From positions 9,400 to 73,399 of IMG/VR virus record IMGVR_UViG_3300032238_000336: 64,000 nucleotides of DNA, one strand, 5' to 3'. Under the pieces are notes generated by a model that saw only the letters and a program-made list of their open reading frames with translations, searched no databases and was not told the origin of the DNA. This stretch comes from a virus. Positions 29,142 through 40,000 of this stretch are shown piece by piece (the stretch's first letter is position 1; every line of letters begins with the position of its first letter). The position numbers were made by a program, and so were the translations under genes.

Positions 29142-30503
29142 TTAAAAATCTCCAAAGGGATTTTTCTCATCAAAATCTAATATCATATCTGCTTGTTCTT
29201 GTATAGTATCATTATCTGCATATGGATTATTTAAATCATCATTATTCATAGAGAATATCCTGTAGCTTGCACCAGCTCCAACTATTATCTCACCTAATTC
29301 ATAATTGCCATTGATTGTAGATACTTTTAATATTCTAGTATCATAATTCCAATCTTTAACATATGCACTAGTTCCTGTAGATACTCCTCTTACTATTTCA
29401 TCATAAAGATAATTTCCAGTATAAATTCCAACTGGACTATCTATTTGTATTGCTGGTGGTTGAGTATATCCAGCTCCAGCATTTGTAAATCTAATCGAAG
29501 TTACTATTCCTAAAGTATTTAATACAGCAATAGCTTGTGCATTTTGATTTGTAGGTGATGTAGAAATTGATATATTCGGAGGTGTGGGATAATTATATCC
29601 ACCATTAATTATTTGGATAGGACCTAATACTCCACTAGAAATTATTGAAGTTCCTATAAAACCTGAACCAGATAATGAGACTATACTTACATCTGGAGGA
29701 ACAGTATATCCTGCTCCTGGATTTGTGATTAATATATTATCGATAGTAGAGTTATTTCCTTGATTTTTTAATATTGCAACAGCAGTTGCAGTTACTCCTC
29801 CCGAAGGAGCTTTAGTAAATTTAACAGAAGGAGTTGATTTATATCCATATCCACCATTAATAATATCTACATATTGCACTGATTTATTTTGAGTTAATCC
29901 AATTCCCAAAACTGCACTAGATGCGGAATTATTTACCATAGTTATTGTAGTTACATATTTAAAATCTTGAATATTTTTGTCAACCATATCTATTCCAGTA
30001 CTAATAATTTCATCTTCATATTCATAAAGTTCGCATCTAAGTTCATAGATATAAAGATCATTAAGTTGATAGAATGGTCTTTTTCCTTCTACATATTTAA
30101 TTTCAAACAAAGCATTATCTAAAGGTAAGAAAATTAAATCTCCTTCTTGAGGACGCTCTACTACTTTTACCTTGGGGTCATCTGTTATGAATGGAGTTAT
30201 AAGACTTTGATACCTTTCTTTTGATATAATAAAAGTTATCTCATCTGTGCTTCTAACGCCAAACTTGCTTAAAATATCTCCTTGTCCTCCAAATCCATCT
30301 ACAGTGGAAATGTAAGCTTCTATTATAAAACTTTCATCAAATTTTGATAAAATTACTTCTCTTACAATTTTATTTTCTTTTATAAATTTTCTGGGCAGAT
30401 AATATACATCTTGCCCATACATTCTTATCTGTTCATTTATTAAATCTTGAACTAACTTTTGTTCTGAATAAGAACCATTTAAAAAATAAGGATTAAGTGT
30501 CAT
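29142..30503 (-). CDS. gp14: Neck protein
   Basis: EQ.LVQDLINEQI, LSKFG, RPQEGDLI and C-terminal FDEKNPFG motifs; internal GxGY repeats. Confidence 0.92.
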   Translation of the reverse strand: MTLNPYFLNGSYSEQKLVQDLINEQIRMYGQDVYYLPRKFIKENKIVREVILSKFDESFIIEAYISTVDGFGGQGDILSKFGVRSTDEITFIISKERYQSLITPFITDDPKVKVVERPQEGDLIFLPLDNALFEIKYVEGKRPFYQLNDLYIYELRCELYEYEDEIISTGIDMVDKNIQDFKYVTTITMVNNSASSAVLGIGLTQNKSVQYVDIINGGYGYKSTPSVKFTKAPSGGVTATAVAILKNQGNNSTIDNILITNPGAGYTVPPDVSIVSLSGSGFIGTSIISSGVLGPIQIINGGYNYPTPPNISISTSPTNQNAQAIAVLNTLGIVTSIRFTNAGAGYTQPPAIQIDSPVGIYTGNYLYDEIVRGVSTGTSAYVKDWNYDTRILKVSTINGNYELGEIIVGAGASYRIFSMNNDDLNNPYADNDTIQEQADMILDFDEKNPFGDF

Positions 30504-30512
30504 ATGATATTT

Positions 30513-31328
30513 CTATCCAAGTAATCCTAGTGGTGGTAACTCATATTCATCTTTCAACTGCTTCTCAATTTCTTCAATTTCTCTTACCGCATCATCAAAG
30601 ATTTGTCTTCCATTAAATGTAATTCCACCAGGTAGTTGAACTCCATTGAATTTAATTAAGTTTTGTCCCCACTGTTTTTTAATGGTAGCAGTTAAATATT
30701 TTTTGAGCCAATAATCATTGTATATTGATGTAAATTGTTGCGGGTCTACAATTCGATAGCAATCTATAATAATATATGAATTGCCATCTACCATTTGCCA
30801 ATCAATATCTAAATATAATCTATGTTGCTTTTTATTAAATCTCAACTGAACGTCTGGAGTAATGATACGACTAATATCTTCTAGATATGTTTTAGTCATA
30901 GCATAATTTAATAGATCTAATGCTCCATAATTATATAAATCATTTAAAAATATTTGATATTTAATATTAAACATTCCACTAGTAATAGTGTTTGAATCAG
31001 ATTTAAAAACACTATTAACTCCAATAACAGTATCTGGAAGTGGAATAAAGTTTTGGGCCTCTTCAATTATTGCGGAAGTTATTCCCTCACTTGCCGTTGC
31101 TGTAGTATATTTTGGAGTTTTTGTAATTATTTCTCTTTCCGCAGGCAATAGTTTATGCTTTAAAAAACATCTTTCAATTCCATCAAAATGTCTTTCTTGA
31201 AAATATTGTAAAGCATCATCCAATCTATCATTTAATTGGTCATCCTCCACATTAATCTCAAGGACTGGATATCCTAACTGCCTGAGACAGTATTCAATTA
31301 ACTCTGTTCTTGAACTTGGTTTAGACAT
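30513..31328 (-). CDS. gp13: Neck protein
   Basis: YCLRQLG.PVLEINV and KQWGQNLIKF.GVQLPGG motifs. Confidence 0.94.
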   Translation of the reverse strand: MSKPSSRTELIEYCLRQLGYPVLEINVEDDQLNDRLDDALQYFQERHFDGIERCFLKHKLLPAEREIITKTPKYTTATASEGITSAIIEEAQNFIPLPDTVIGVNSVFKSDSNTITSGMFNIKYQIFLNDLYNYGALDLLNYAMTKTYLEDISRIITPDVQLRFNKKQHRLYLDIDWQMVDGNSYIIIDCYRIVDPQQFTSIYNDYWLKKYLTATIKKQWGQNLIKFNGVQLPGGITFNGRQIFDDAVREIEEIEKQLKDEYELPPLGLLG

Positions 31329-31362
31329 TGTTGTTAATTGAAATCCTTTAGTATTTATGTTG

Positions 31363-31575
31363 TTATGTAAAATCTTCTTTAATTTTAGGTTTTCTTACTT
31401 TTGGAGCACTTAATATTTTATTTTCTTCTTTTAATTCATTTACTTTATTAGTAAGTAATTCAATGAGTTGATTCGAATTCATAAGTTTAGCTTCTAATGC
31501 TACACACTGTGACATTAAATCTGTAGTTTTTTGTTGATAAATCGCAATCAAACTTTTAAGTTCTTGGTCTGTCAT
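31363..31575 (-). CDS. Small coiled-coil hypothetical protein
   Basis: 70-aa ORF in the late module. Confidence 0.7.
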   Translation of the reverse strand: MTDQELKSLIAIYQQKTTDLMSQCVALEAKLMNSNQLIELLTNKVNELKEENKILSAPKVRKPKIKEDFT

Positions 31576-31600
31576 AAAAAAAGGGAGATTTCTCTCCCTT
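31576..31600 (-). terminator. Intrinsic terminator
   Basis: AAGGGAGA-GAAA-TCTCCCTT hairpin plus T tract. Confidence 0.8.
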
Positions 31601-31627
31601 ATTTATTAAGTTAACTTCGAGGTATTA

Positions 31628-33106
31628 TCAGAAAACACCACCATCAACAACAATATTCTGTAGGTTCAGTTCGCTACCGATACATCCGATAACTTCCTGT
31701 ACTCCTCCGGTGCAAGCATTGTTGATATAAAGTGAACCAACTTCAAGTGCAGCGTATGCATTAGCAGTTAAAACACTTGATGCTTCAGAGACATCTGATG
31801 CAAGAGCAATTCTGGATACACTATCATCCCAATAGACTGCTGCCTTCTTAGCAGACCCAGAGTAATAGTTAAGAAGTAATCCAAGGTCTTTATTTAAATC
31901 GGATGCTGGTGGATTGCCATCAACCATACCGAGGTCAACCAGGGTGTCTTCAACTGTTAATGAAGTGGTATTTACTTGAGTCGTGGTTCCGTTTACATAA
32001 AGATTACCAGAAATGGTAAGGTCACTAGAAACTCCAACTGCACCAGTAACATCAGTAATAGTAATAGCTGAAGCACCATCATTTGCTTTAACTGTTCCAG
32101 TTGAAACTGAATTGAAAGTTACGTCAGCAGTAGTTGCAACATCTTGACCAATGCTAAATTCACCACTAGAGTAAGAAACACCAGTACCAGCAGAGAACTG
32201 GTCTCTAATCTGGCTAGTAGTAACTCCAGTATATGCAAATACTCCAGTAGCAGCAGTATAGACTAAAGAACCTAAGTCTGAACTGGTAGCAGAAACTTCA
32301 TTACGAACAGCAGTAGAAACTCCTGTGATATTGCTATATGTAAGATTAGTTACACTAGCACCATCTCCAACGAAGCTGCTTGCAGTAACAATGCCAGTAG
32401 CATTAATATCTCCTGCATTTACTAGGCCAGTGAAGGTTGAAACTCCAGTGACGCTTAAGTCAGTGAAGGTATTAGGAGCATTAGCAACTGCAGATTCAAT
32501 TGTTGCAATAGTTGTTGCATCAAGTGAAAGGATATTTTGAAGTTGGAAAGCACTGCTGATAACTTGAGTCGAACCAATGCTAAGTGAACCAACAGTAGCA
32601 ATACCGCTGACATTCAGTGAATCTGCACCAAGTGTGGTGAACTGACCAGCAGCTGCGGTTGTTAACCCAATGGTTGTTCCATTGATTGAACCACCTTGAA
32701 TCACAGCATTCGTGATGGTGGTAACACCAGTCAGAGATGCATTTTCAAAAGTTGCACTTGCACTTACACTAGCCCAAGAAAGGGTACCATTTGCATTTGT
32801 CTTCAGGAAATATCCATCAGTTGGAGTTTCAGGAAGAGTATAGGTTGTAATGCCGGAAACAGTGTCAGGAGCCGCTAATCTTACTCCATTATTACCAGTC
32901 TTATCTACAAGGTTTAACTTGAGTGAGTTAGTTCCGTCTTCTCTAATCCAATATCTACTTGAACCAAAAAACTTATTTCCTTGAGTGGTGCTATTAAAAC
33001 CTACATAAAAGTCTGATCTGTCGGTCGCAAATCCAGGTTCTCCTGCACGAAGGCCAGGAAGATTCTGAACTAGGCCTCTCTTAAATTGAATTGTTGGGGA
33101 TGCCAT
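31628..33106 (-). CDS. Fibre-like virion structural protein
   Basis: N-terminal TIQFKRG...L.AGEPGF motif; Thr/Ser/Gly-rich; GNLYVNGTTTQVNT; C-terminal DGG.F. Confidence 0.75.
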   Translation of the reverse strand: MASPTIQFKRGLVQNLPGLRAGEPGFATDRSDFYVGFNSTTQGNKFFGSSRYWIREDGTNSLKLNLVDKTGNNGVRLAAPDTVSGITTYTLPETPTDGYFLKTNANGTLSWASVSASATFENASLTGVTTITNAVIQGGSINGTTIGLTTAAAGQFTTLGADSLNVSGIATVGSLSIGSTQVISSAFQLQNILSLDATTIATIESAVANAPNTFTDLSVTGVSTFTGLVNAGDINATGIVTASSFVGDGASVTNLTYSNITGVSTAVRNEVSATSSDLGSLVYTAATGVFAYTGVTTSQIRDQFSAGTGVSYSSGEFSIGQDVATTADVTFNSVSTGTVKANDGASAITITDVTGAVGVSSDLTISGNLYVNGTTTQVNTTSLTVEDTLVDLGMVDGNPPASDLNKDLGLLLNYYSGSAKKAAVYWDDSVSRIALASDVSEASSVLTANAYAALEVGSLYINNACTGGVQEVIGCIGSELNLQNIVVDGGVF

Positions 33107-33200
33107 ATTTTTTAAAAAATGTAAAGTACTAGTAAATTACAAAAAATCAAACACACACTACAATATTATTATAGTTTATTCAGTTAATAATATTTATGTT

Positions 33201-33767
33201 TTAAAATTGTCCAGCATCTATATCAATTCTATTATCTAAATCAACATCTAATTCATTTAAGAATGCTGTTGTAAATCCAACTAAACCTGGTTGAGTAGTT
33301 TCGGTTTCTGCTGCCGCATTCAAGACTTCATCTGGGTTAACAAATTTAATTTTTTTAATAGTAGCATCATACATTAATACATACTTATCTTTCATATCAG
33401 TAGCGTCAATATCTGGAGGTGGTAATGGGGGAGCGGGACTATTAGTTACCGAACCACTTACTATCGCACTTCCTTCAAAAATTCTATTTGTAGTAGTACC
33501 ATCGCTTATTACAATATCATATGAATATCTTCCGTCTTTAAGTCTAGATGTAACATTTGAAGGTAACGCCAAAGTAATCTCAGTATTATCAATTGTTACT
33601 TCAAATTCTGCTGAAACTGTTAAAGAATATGGGCTTTTTTTTAATATGGACCTAGCATAATATCCTGAAAAATTAACAGGAGATTTACTAATTGGATCTA
33701 TATAAACAAATATAGAACTATAGTCATCTCCAGCAGGAATTGTTATATTGGATACGTATATGAGCAT
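33201..33767 (-). CDS. Hypothetical virion protein
   Basis: LKDGRYSYDIVI...RIFEG adaptor-like motif; late promoter upstream. Confidence 0.7.
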   Translation of the reverse strand: MLIYVSNITIPAGDDYSSIFVYIDPISKSPVNFSGYYARSILKKSPYSLTVSAEFEVTIDNTEITLALPSNVTSRLKDGRYSYDIVISDGTTTNRIFEGSAIVSGSVTNSPAPPLPPPDIDATDMKDKYVLMYDATIKKIKFVNPDEVLNAAAETETTQPGLVGFTTAFLNELDVDLDNRIDIDAGQF

Positions 33768-33797
33768 AGTATTTCCGATTTAAAATCCCCTTCTTTG

Positions 33798-33805
33798 TAT
33801 TTATA
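33798..33805 (-). promoter_or_regulatory. T4-type late promoter
   Basis: Exact TATAAATA. Confidence 0.7.
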
Positions 33806-33811
33806 AGTATA

Positions 33812-34003
33812 TCATTTAACTAAAGAACGTAAAAGTAATTTAATTTCATCAATATCATTTTTGATAGTATCAATTTCAGTTTTTTGATTTATAATAATAT
33901 TTTTAACTTTTAAGTATTCATTATATTCTGCATCACTGCAATTTAAAATCGCATTACTAGTTTCATCCCGGTAAAGTTCACTATGTCCTTTTACTGGTAT
34001 CAT
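33812..34003 (-). CDS. Small hypothetical protein
   Basis: VKGH..LYRD..S.AI.N; overlaps the stop of the upstream gene. Confidence 0.7.
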   Translation of the reverse strand: MIPVKGHSELYRDETSNAILNCSDAEYNEYLKVKNIIINQKTEIDTIKNDIDEIKLLLRSLVK

Positions 34004-37000
34004 AATGTTGCTATTGCCCTCAGATTTTTAATTCTAGGAACAAATGATTGATTTGTTCCAGTCATTATAATTTTAATTTGGAATCCATTAAATACCGGCA
34101 AGTTTGAATCTGTATACTCATAACTTCTAAAATCATTAGAACTGATTGAGGGTGATACAAAAGTATCAGAATTTCCAGTATTTTTAGAATAGTTTATAAT
34201 ATTTCCATTTTCATCTAGGTTATTATACCCTGGGAATAACTCATAGTTTTGTTTTTGATTTGGACTATCATTTCTGAATAATCTATACATAACTTTAATT
34301 TCATTAGTAGAATGTCTATATGCATCTAATAAAACCTTTAGACTATCTGCGGATTTTGCAAGATTTATTTGCTTAGAAATATAAATCGCAGAGTTGGGAT
34401 CCGTATCAATTCCATTTACTCTTGGGTCAAGTGTAAAATCTAATACTGGACTATCGATACGGTTCATTACTGTAATCAAACTAACTCGGTCTAAGTCAAT
34501 GATTGGTGATACTTTGGAATCATTAGTTGATAACACCATTTCTAAAGTAAAAGATTTTTTACCTGGGAAATCTCCAAGTCTATCTTCTTCATTCACTTTG
34601 GAGCAAATAATTCTAGTACTAGAAAGATAGTTGTTAGAATTTAAAGAAATATTTTCATAACCATTATCGATATATGGAACTTCATTGCCACTTACACTAG
34701 TTCCAGTAAAGGTTCTAATTCTACTTTCAATAGTAGTAGAGTTCGGTAGTAATGTTTGAACATTTGGTTTTACTAAATTGAAAGCAATATTTTGAGTTGC
34801 CTTTGGTCCAACCATCGAATCAGTTTGTGGAGTTGTATAAAGATAAGAACCACCTGACTTTGTAGAATTGAAAAATAATTTGGGACCTGTAATATTATTA
34901 TCCAATGTTCTATTAATTCCACCAGAAGACATATTGAGATGGATATAATAACTATCAATTTCAATAGGAGATTTTATATTATGAGTTTTATTAATTCTTC
35001 TTAATGATATTCCATTAAATTCATATTTAAATACCAAATCATTTTGTTTATGTAAATTTAATTTAGTTGTATCGATTGCTCTAAGTATTCCTCCTAGGGT
35101 ATTGGTATTAGTATTAACACTAGTGTATTGAATAATCTCATCATTTATCAAAATATAACCAGGATTTCCAGGTCCAACTGGAATATTTTCAAAAGTAGTA
35201 AAGATATTGACGTTAGATAATTTAATATCTGAAGTTGATGTTGAAGGATATTCGGAAGAAAGAGTAACTGGAGAGACATCAGATTCTATTCCACTTAGAG
35301 AAACAATAGAATTTTCAAAATACATTCCGTGATTTGAATGGGATACTTTTAAATATGTTCCAGTATTGATTGAAGAATATGAACTTACATATGCATTTGT
35401 AATTGATATTCCATTAGAAACAATATAATCTATGGATGTATTAGTATTATTATCGACAGTTCCTTGGATATTATCAATTTTAATTGAATTAAATGCAGAG
35501 ATGATTCCCACATTATTTGGTATACTAAGAACTAGGTTCTTGCCGAAATTATCAGTATTACTATAGTTTATAGTTAATGTATCTCCAACTGCATATCCAG
35601 AACCACCCGAACTTACTGTCGCAGAACTTACTTTACCAAAAGCATCAGTAACAATGTTTGCGGTTGCTCCACTTCCATAACCTGTGATATTTACTATATT
35701 TACATTTGAATAAGTTGTGGATGGAATAAATCCAGTGCCAGAATCATTTATTGATAACGTAGTCCCTATTCCGATAGATCCTAATATGGAAACTAATCTT
35801 CCTGAGAAGTAAGGATTATTTAATTGAGTAATTCCAGCACCAACTTTTAAATTTGAAATATCAGTTGGAGTTAAACTCTTGCCCAACCCTACAATAGCAG
35901 ATTGGGAATAAGCAGAAATTGGGTTAGGGGACAATGATACTATTTGATGATTTCCAATATTTAACTCTGGATTATAGAATCTTACAGAACCTGAAGTGTC
36001 AAAGTCAGCTCTATATAATACAAATTTTAAGTCTTCTAACTGACTTGGTTCCCAAGTGGAACCATTCTGAGACTTAAATAAAGACCCAAGGGTTGGTTGT
36101 TGAGAGATTATAATTTTTTCAGAATCTGGTTTGTTAATAGTAGAAACATCAGTTTCTCCCATTCTAGAAATCCAAACAGTATAAGAATCAGATGCTGATA
36201 CTAATACTAATGCATATCCACTACCCGTTTGTTCTAAATATACTGGAGATGGGAATACAAAAGTAGTAGGAACTGTTCCATCTTCCGAGATATTTACATC
36301 TTTTGCTTCCATAACAGTTTCTGCAAATGGTAAAACCTGTTGAGTAGGAGTTCCATTTTGCATAGTTCTAATCTGCAAGGTAACTGGAATATTATTAGTA
36401 TCTTTTGAACGGAAGAATATATCACATTTTGTAATGAATACTCCATTAGTATCTGCTACCTCAAATGATTGTGCTAAAGGGTCTACCCACCTATTTGTAG
36501 TTCTAGTATTAGAATCAAAAATTGTATTTGTTGTGGTTGTTGCGTTTCTAATTCTAAGAGTGGTTTCTTGAGTATTATTTAAAGTTCCACTTGAAGTAAA
36601 TACTGCATCCGCTGAACTATCAGAAATACCAGTAATTTGAGAATTTGATGAACTACTAGTTAGGGTTAGTGTCTTACTTCCAGTAAGGAAAGTTGGAGTA
36701 GATGGCAGATTAGAATCCGGAATAAAAAGAGATGCAATTAAAGTACCACTAGAGTCTGAAATTAATCTTAAATCTGAAATGGTAGCTATAGCACCACTTG
36801 TGTCTCCTATCAGTTGCATACCAATCGAAACGCAACCATAAAACTGTGAAGTAGATTTCAGTTGTAAACTAAATGTATCCACATTCAATAATGTAGAAGT
36901 AGGTGAATAAACACTAGGTAATCCTAATGAAATTTGATATGGATTTACATCATAGATTTCCGTAGGTGCATTGTACGGACCATATTTGTGATTTTGAGAA

Positions 37001-40000
37001 GCAAGTCTAAATGAAATATTTTTAGTACCTAATACTCCAGTTACAGTTTCTCCTGCTTGGAAAGTTCCACTTACCATCTTCACTTCCAAAAGTTTTGGAA
37101 TGAAGTATTGATTCATATCTTTACTATCAAAAAATCCATAGAATCTAGTATTTGGTTTTAGTCTTTTTGCAACAACTTCAATATTTCTAGACCTCATTTC
37201 GAGAATAATACTTTGAGAAACTATATTAGAAGAAGTAGTTGCATCAAACTTCTCATTCACTTGAACTTGAGTTCCAGTCCTGTTAACTGTTGTTACATCT
37301 GTAACTAATCTTCTTCCGCTTCCTCTTGGGTCTATTGTAATATTTGATTCATTCCAAGAATTCCATTGTGCTGGAGCAAATCCAGTGTTACTATCTGCAC
37401 CCAATGAAGATATAGTTGAATTATAATTCCCTTCCACATTTACAGTATTACTACCGATGACTTTAGATTCAAACCAACTATCACTAGATGGGTGCAATGC
37501 TATAGATCCTAACCAGTTAATAACATTAAATGGATTTACATTTTCAACTCTAGATGAGAATCTATTTTTAACATATTCTACATCTCTGTAGTTTAAACAA
37601 ACTATATCACCTACTTTTTTAATATTTGGAGATCCTAAATCGTTAACGTATCTGGGGTCTGCATCTGGGTTATATACTATACCAGTGCCACTTACTAACT
37701 CAGACCCAAGTAACAAATCAATAGAAGTGGTATAATGTTGGGGTCTTAAAGTCTCATTCTCTAAATCAATACTTGATTTAAAACTAAGATTCTGAGAATC
37801 TCCCCCATCTAAGCTCTTAAAATTATCTACAAAAAATCCACACTTAAATTTATTTAAATTAGTCTGAGAATCTCTAATAGTTAAATTTTTAGTATCGGTC
37901 TCTAATAAAGATAACGAAGTGTAATATTCTACATTTGATACTCTATCATCTATATTAGAAATATCTTTCATAGTATATCTCTTATGTGGAGATAGAACAA
38001 TATTGCAATCATCTACATTATACAAATATGCAGGTAAATAAATTGTAGCAACTTCTAATGCTGAATCTAAAGTATTAGGCAATGTTGGAGTTATTGAAGG
38101 AACTCCGGTATTAATAACAAAATTTCCATCTTTAGTTAAAAATAATTTATCAATTCTTGGTAAATAATATGAATATGATAGATTTATTGTTTTATCCTTA
38201 GCAAAAATATATGGAGATGACCCATACTCTGAAGAAAATACTCTTGAACTAAATTCAAATGGAGACGCATTTCCCGAGTATGTGGAAACTCTTGGCCTTA
38301 AATCAATAATATCAGTAGATCTTATTCCATTAAATACTGGTATATTAAATGAATACCTATCTTTGTCGTATGAGTTTACTCCAACGAAATCACCATCATC
38401 ATCGGGTTTAATAGTATAGTTATTGTAGATTATTTTAAGTTTTTTTGTTGGACTCTCAGCATTCGACTTTCGTATAATTCTTGAAAAATCTAAAAACTCT
38501 TTTCTGTATCCATTATCAAAAATATAAGAATTTCTAATATTTTTATCCCCTACTGAAACTGAAAATACGGTTCCCTTTACATTAGATACTTCAAATGTAA
38601 CTTCTTCATTGATAATAAATCTATTCTCATTTAAATATACTAAATTTACTTTATTATTAATAGTTGAAACTAACGTAGCAACTGCATTACTTTTAGTTCC
38701 AATAATCTTTTCACCAATACTAGAATTTAAAATATTAGAATTTAAATTAGTTAGAGTAATTGATGGTAGTTGCGGTTCATTAGTAGTTGAAGATTCATAT
38801 ACCGCTAAAACAGATTCAACATCTGGAATATTTAAAGATATTTCTTTATCTTCTACCCTTAAACCGTATACATTGCTGAGAGTTAGACCACTTGTAGAAG
38901 TAGATACTCCAGAAATAGTTTTATCTATAACTAATGTAGAGCAAGGATTATATATTTTTTTACGAGTCTTAGTATTAACTTTTTTAAATGTTACTGTAAG
39001 TATAGCACCATTTGAATTTGGAGGAATGCCTTGTATTGTTATAGTTTTATTGTTAGTTATTACTTTCTGATTATCTAATGAAACTATAACTCCATCTGAA
39101 AATGCTAAAGTATAATCTTCCTCATCAAATGGTTCTAAAGTTAAATCTTGATTGCCAGACTCTAATGTTACAGTATATGAACCTGTAGTAAAATTACCAG
39201 GAGCAATATTATATGACTTTTTGATGATTACGTCAGAACTTTCAAGATTTAAATTTGAAATGTTTTTATTATGCAATTCAGAATACAAATAAGCATTGGA
39301 TGTATTCAATAGTTCTAATGTAATTTTTTTAAAATCATTTACTGTAGATACTGCAGTTGGTAAACTACCTAAACATACATTAGGGACATCTACAGTAGGA
39401 ATGATTGTTATTGATTTTAGTGTTGGACTAATATTAGATACTTTACTGTATGTTGGTAGTTTGGAACTTCCAATAGTGTACGATACAATATCTCCTACAT
39501 TTATTCCAGAATAGAAATTTTGATTTGAACTAGTTACTGTACTTATTCCAGAAGTACCATCCGAGATTGAGAATGAACTAGAAGAACCTAGTATTACTTC
39601 TTTAGACAACAATACGTCAGCAGTAAACCCATTTTGATATAATTGATGAATATCAGAAATTCCATAATCTCTAACGGATCTAATAGTTCTAGTATCATCT
39701 ATGCCATTAATTTTGATTTGTTCTCCTATTAGGAAAGTTCCGGAAACTTGATATAATGATACTTCATTTGAGTTTGTTACATTAGACACTAAATATCCAG
39801 AAGCTCCACCATTTTTACCTTCAATAAAAGCAGGAACAGGTATAGTAGAAATATCTGAGTTTAAAGTGAGTTCAGTATATGTTTGAATATCATATAAAGA
39901 ACATTCAAATTTTGTAGATGAATCTACATATTCAGAATTTTTAAGTTTAAAGTCGTATACTCTTGCTACACCAATTTCAGTTCCGGATGGAAAACCAGTA